A stretch of 63,145 nt of DNA from an uncultured Candidatus Saccharibacteria bacterium (GTDB taxonomy: Bacteria; Patescibacteriota; Saccharimonadia; Saccharimonadales; Saccharimonadaceae), in the NCBI GenBank assembly GCA_964425805.1, contig CAYRNS010000001.1:1-63145 (forward strand), read 5' to 3'. Below, one piece after another: positions 58,876 to 63,145 of the stretch. The notes beneath the pieces are model-generated. The model searched no databases, was not told the origin of the DNA, and saw nothing but the letters and a program-made list of their open reading frames with translations. Position 1 is the stretch's first letter. Every line of letters starts with the position of its first letter. A program made the translations under genes and the position numbers.

Positions 58876-59871
58876 ATGGAAGAATCTTGGTCAAAAATCC
58901 TCAAAAAATTCCCCGAAGCCAACTTCCTCCAAAGTCCGCTTTGGGCGGAGACGAACAAACTTGAGGGGCACAAACTCGTCGTCCGCACTTTTGCTGACGA
59001 AGCGATGTTTCTTGGCATCGTCAAGGATGCTCGCCGTGGTCGCTACTTAGAAATTCCCGGCGGACCTCTCCTAGACTGGTCAAATCACAAACTCACTAAA
59101 ACCGTTTTCGAGACCATCGTCACCGAGGCGAAAAAAGAAAAATGCGTTTTTGTCCGTTTCCGCCCACAACTTGCTAAAACTCCCGCCAACGAGAAAAATC
59201 TCGAATCCTTAAAAAAGTTTTTTGACCTCCGCCCGGCGCCGATGCATCTTCATGCACAAAACACCGTCATCCTCGACTTGACCAAGTCCGAAGATGAACT
59301 TTTGATGGCAATGCGTCGCCAAACGCGTTACGAAGTTCGCCGCTCGGAAAAGCTCGGATTAAAAGTCGTCGAAGACCACTCCGAAGCCGCCTTTAAGGAA
59401 TTTCACCAAATTCAAGCCGAAACCGCCAAGCGTCAAAACTTCATCCCCCCGTCGGAAAAAGAACTGCTCGCCGAGCGTACTGCTTTCTCTCCCGACCATA
59501 TTAAGCTTTATAAAGTCCTTACGGATAACAACGAACCCGTCGCTTACGGTCTCATCTTGATTTACGGCGAAGAAGCTGAATATTTCGAAGCTGCCTCGAC
59601 CGACCTCAACCGCAAACTCCCAGGCGCCTACGCTCTCCTCTGGCAAGCCATCAAAGACCTCAAGGCGCAAAACGTCGCTCGTTTCAATCTCTGGGGTATC
59701 GCTCCGCCGGGCATGGAACATCATCGCTACTCCGGCGTCACCACTTTCAAAACCGGCTTCGGCGGCGAAATCGTCGAGTTTATTCCCGCCCAAGACATCG
59801 TCATTAGCAAACTCAAATATAAACTCGACGAACTTGTCGAAACTGCCCGTAAAAAGAAAAGGAATCTCTAA
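58876..59871 (+). CDS. FemAB/FemX family peptidoglycan bridge aminoacyltransferase
   Basis: FLQS..W, GGPLLD, RRQTRY, NLWGI, FKTGFGG. Confidence 0.9.
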   Translation: MEESWSKILKKFPEANFLQSPLWAETNKLEGHKLVVRTFADEAMFLGIVKDARRGRYLEIPGGPLLDWSNHKLTKTVFETIVTEAKKEKCVFVRFRPQLAKTPANEKNLESLKKFFDLRPAPMHLHAQNTVILDLTKSEDELLMAMRRQTRYEVRRSEKLGLKVVEDHSEAAFKEFHQIQAETAKRQNFIPPSEKELLAERTAFSPDHIKLYKVLTDNNEPVAYGLILIYGEEAEYFEAASTDLNRKLPGAYALLWQAIKDLKAQNVARFNLWGIAPPGMEHHRYSGVTTFKTGFGGEIVEFIPAQDIVISKLKYKLDELVETARKKKRNL

Positions 59872-60905
59872 TGTCAAAACCCATCATCGCCATCATCGAC
59901 GCCGGAAACCGTGAACTTTGGGACAAGTTCGTCACTAGCCGCCCCGAAGCCAACTTCCTCCAAAGTTGGGATTTTTACGAATTCCACGCTTCTCGTGGCA
60001 ACAAAATCGTCCGCAAAATCGCCGTCAACGAAGACGGTAAAATTATCGCCGCTTACGCTGGCGTTGTCGAAGACGCCAAGCGTGGTCGCTATCTTGCGAT
60101 TGCTGGCGGACCAATCCTCGATTGGCAAAACAAACCTCTCGTTGATAAAATTTTCGACGACATTAAGCAAGAGGGCAAGCGTCACAAATGCGTCTTTATC
60201 CGTCTCCGCCCGCAACTCGAGCTAAGCGACAAATCTCTTAAACTAATGAACGCGCACGGCTTTAAAAAAGCGCCGATGTTCCTCTCCGTCGAATACGCCG
60301 GCATTTTGAACCTAGAAAACTCCGAAGAAGAAATCCTCAAAAACGCTTCGCAAGGCTTCCGCCGTAAACTCCGCAAAGCCGAGAAAAACGACCTCGCCGT
60401 AGAGACCAGTCAAGACCCGAAAGTCATGCAAGCCTTTTGCGATCTCGAGCAAAAACACGCTGCCCGCCAAGGCTACGTCCCTTTCACTAAATCTTTCCTC
60501 ACTAAGCAATTTGAAGCTTTCGCTAAGAACGATGAAGTTGTTATGTATGTCGGCAAAAAGGACGGGGAAATCCTCGCCATGAACTTCATGATTTTCTACG
60601 GCAACGAAGCCAGTTATCACTACGGCGTCTCCTCCGACCTCGGCACCAAATATTCCGTAGCTCCGCTTCTGCACATGGAAGCAATGCGAGAAGCTCGTAA
60701 GCGCGGCATTAAACGCTATAACCTCTGGGGCATTGTCGGCACCGAAGAAACCGGTCATCGGTTTTATGGCGTCAGCGAATTCAAACGTTCTTTCGGCTGT
60801 GAAGAGCTAAAATACACCCCCGCTCACGACTTTGTCATCAACAAACCGAAATATCAGCTCACCAAACTCATCGAATCCGCCCGCAAACGCCACCGCCACG
60901 TTTAA
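59871..60905 (+). CDS. FemAB/FemX family protein (tandem paralog)
   Basis: FLQSW, GGPILD, YNLWGI, FKRSFG. Confidence 0.9.
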   Translation: MSKPIIAIIDAGNRELWDKFVTSRPEANFLQSWDFYEFHASRGNKIVRKIAVNEDGKIIAAYAGVVEDAKRGRYLAIAGGPILDWQNKPLVDKIFDDIKQEGKRHKCVFIRLRPQLELSDKSLKLMNAHGFKKAPMFLSVEYAGILNLENSEEEILKNASQGFRRKLRKAEKNDLAVETSQDPKVMQAFCDLEQKHAARQGYVPFTKSFLTKQFEAFAKNDEVVMYVGKKDGEILAMNFMIFYGNEASYHYGVSSDLGTKYSVAPLLHMEAMREARKRGIKRYNLWGIVGTEETGHRFYGVSEFKRSFGCEELKYTPAHDFVINKPKYQLTKLIESARKRHRHV

Positions 60906-60988
60906 GAAAATCATAAAAAACCGCTTCTATTTTAATTTATTTTTGCTATAATCATAAGCATAATAGTTCGAGGTTCAGCATAAAGGTT

Positions 60989-63145
60989 ATGAAGAAACTA
61001 CTCAATAAAATAGTCCTGGCTACTCTATTATTGTTTTTCGTAGTATTTTCTTGCGTTCAGGTCAACATAGCACTCGCAGAAACTAGCGGCGGCGGCACCG
61101 GCTATGACTTTGGCACCAGCGCTCCGAGTGGCAATTGTAAATATTCTGGTGCTGCTTTTGCTTATCACGCCGGTACAAACTATGACGGTTGCGACGGCTA
61201 CGACGGTATTTATCAGCTTGAATACACATGGAACAAAAACTGTGGCGACAAGAAAAATCTTCCCTCTGGTGTTCCGCGCAGCTTCGGTAGCTATCTCGAC
61301 GCCAGCGTTACGTACAAGAAAGAGGGCGCTGCTTTTTCGAGCTGGTCCGCCGCCGAGGAATTTTTCAAGAGTTATAACGGCGGTAGCGATAGCTTAAGCA
61401 ATCATAAGGACTGGGCGCACTTCTGCGCATATGATAAAGTAACCGAAGAAACTTTCTACTTGACTTACAACAAAAACACCACCGACACCGTCTCCAGTAT
61501 GCCGAGTAATACCTCCTGTACAACCACGACCGGCTCCTGTTCTATAACTGTCGCTGGTACGCCGACCCGTACAAACTATGTCTTTAATGGGTGGAATACC
61601 AAATCCGACGGTAGCGGCACGGGCAAAGTGGCGGGGAATTCAATCTCAATGACCAATAACCGGATTCTTTATGCGCAATGGATACAGTACTCGCATACAT
61701 TGAACTATAATTTATGTAGCGGTAGCGGAACATTTAACGCGCAATCTGCAACCAATGCTAGTGCAGACCACACATTTACTATTCACAGTGGTTCGCCAAC
61801 ACGCACGGGATATAAGTTTACCGGCTGGTCAACCACATCGTGTTCCGGCTCTGTTTCAAAACAACCTGGCAATACTATTTCGGTAGGCGCCAACGCTTCC
61901 ACTACGCTTTATGCTATTTGGGAAGCCTACACCGTCGCCACTTTCTCCGCTCCCGCCATCACCATCACCTCCACAGAGCTCACCCACATCTCCGGCGACA
62001 ACTATAAGGCGATCGGCAGTAAAGACAACTATTCTCTCACTGTCTACTACCACCTTACGCGTACTAACAACACTCCTACTTCTGCCGTCTCACAGTATGG
62101 TACTCGTTCCGCCGACTCTCATGATGGCGTCTACCCTAACAATACTACCAACTCCAATGATCTCACCTATAACGTCACTCAGGACATCTCCTCCCCTAAG
62201 ACCACCCCTAACATCACTCACGGTGGCTGGTATAACAACATCTGCTTCTACTTCAAGTATGACAGCAAAGTCTACTATGACGGTACTACTCGTGTTGGTA
62301 GTGCAGAAACATCTACTACCTATCGATGCATCAACATCTACAATCCGGGGCAGTATCACGCTGCTTTCACAGGCTGGATTAGCGTTGCTAATGGTCCCGG
62401 TCTTTCTGGCACTGGAGAAAATCGCGTCGGTAACGGCTATCAGTCTAGGTTTTCCTACTCCCCCAAATATAACATCCAACGCACCGATGCTCTCAATATA
62501 CCAGAAAAAGCGGATTCTTACGTCGCCATCAACAATGTCTATACTACCTTTGACGAGAAATATTATCCTGCCGACAATACTGCCGACAAAAGATTAACTC
62601 TCGCTCTCGACAATTACGAGATTACATACTGGCCTGAAGATGGCTGGGACTGGACTTATGTCGACATTGGTGGTGCCGCCCAAAGCCGTTGTTACTATCT
62701 TCGCTATGATTCCGACGTCCTTTATTACGACAACGAACGCCAATATGGCAACTATGCCGGCAAGGCACACACTTGCGTTTCCATCACCAACCCTCCCAAC
62801 ACTGAGACTATCTCTTTCACTGGCACACCTGTCTCCGCCACCATGACCGCCAACAATCGCCTCACTCGTACTGACAGTAACCGTGTCGGCACCATCATCA
62901 ACCACGACCGTAATACTAGCGGCACCCTCTGCGGTAGTAGTTCTGCTTCTGTCGACTCCAAGATTGGCAAATGGTGCGACAATGCCACCGCCCGTACTGC
63001 TACTTATACTGCCGACTTCTCCCACCAAATCACTCGTAACGACAACTCTTCTACTATTCTCGGTAAGACCATGAACGCCAGTGTCTCATGGCAAGTCCAA
63101 GAAATCTATCCTAACAGCACTCCTTATATTGACAGTACCGGTAAA
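60989..63145 (+). CDS. Large secreted/surface protein with InlB B (Listeria-Bacteroides) repeats; 3'-truncated by window
   Basis: Manually translated, open for 719 codons to the window edge (absent from the ORF track): signal peptide MKKLLNKIVLA...ALA, PTRTNYVFNGWNTKSDGSG..LYAQW and PTRTGYKFTGW..LYAIW. Confidence 0.88.
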   Translation, partial: MKKLLNKIVLATLLLFFVVFSCVQVNIALAETSGGGTGYDFGTSAPSGNCKYSGAAFAYHAGTNYDGCDGYDGIYQLEYTWNKNCGDKKNLPSGVPRSFGSYLDASVTYKKEGAAFSSWSAAEEFFKSYNGGSDSLSNHKDWAHFCAYDKVTEETFYLTYNKNTTDTVSSMPSNTSCTTTTGSCSITVAGTPTRTNYVFNGWNTKSDGSGTGKVAGNSISMTNNRILYAQWIQYSHTLNYNLCSGSGTFNAQSATNASADHTFTIHSGSPTRTGYKFTGWSTTSCSGSVSKQPGNTISVGANASTTLYAIWEAYTVATFSAPAITITSTELTHISGDNYKAIGSKDNYSLTVYYHLTRTNNTPTSAVSQYGTRSADSHDGVYPNNTTNSNDLTYNVTQDISSPKTTPNITHGGWYNNICFYFKYDSKVYYDGTTRVGSAETSTTYRCINIYNPGQYHAAFTGWISVANGPGLSGTGENRVGNGYQSRFSYSPKYNIQRTDALNIPEKADSYVAINNVYTTFDEKYYPADNTADKRLTLALDNYEITYWPEDGWDWTYVDIGGAAQSRCYYLRYDSDVLYYDNERQYGNYAGKAHTCVSITNPPNTETISFTGTPVSATMTANNRLTRTDSNRVGTIINHDRNTSGTLCGSSSASVDSKIGKWCDNATARTATYTADFSHQITRNDNSSTILGKTMNASVSWQVQEIYPNSTPYIDSTGK

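Noticed and set aside
1-63145. CRISPR array, DGR/retron reverse transcriptase, IS transposase, rRNA
   Set aside because: No regularly spaced repeats, RT or DDE/HUH motifs, or rRNA-like sequence seen by eye

Overview
Bacterial chromosomal window, most likely Candidatus Saccharibacteria (TM7, CPR/Patescibacteria). This is inferred from the GFTIIEVVLVLAIAGLIFLMVFIALP pilin, the N-terminally extended RplA, the Mur/DegT/FemAB cluster and the compact gene set. It holds housekeeping genes (3' part of tuf, thyA, a folA-glyA in-frame fusion, trpS, rpmG, secE-nusG-rplK, rplA, smpB, xth, metK with a SAM-I riboswitch, rpsJ), seven tRNAs, potABCD, alpha-glucan enzymes, and a ~5.3 kb serine-recombinase island with a HaeIII-like R-M system in tRNA-Gln. 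A large InlB-B-repeat surface protein runs off the right end. The most striking feature, at 5262-7031, is a candidate shufflon-like pilin switch. An intact type IV pilin faces an N-terminally truncated second pilin, and the two share an exact 22-bp inverted repeat with a tyrosine-recombinase-like arm/7-bp-spacer/arm structure. A tyrosine recombinase gene ends inside the second repeat, and a putative glycosylation module lies immediately beside the locus. All product calls come from motif recognition by eye; no database searches were run.
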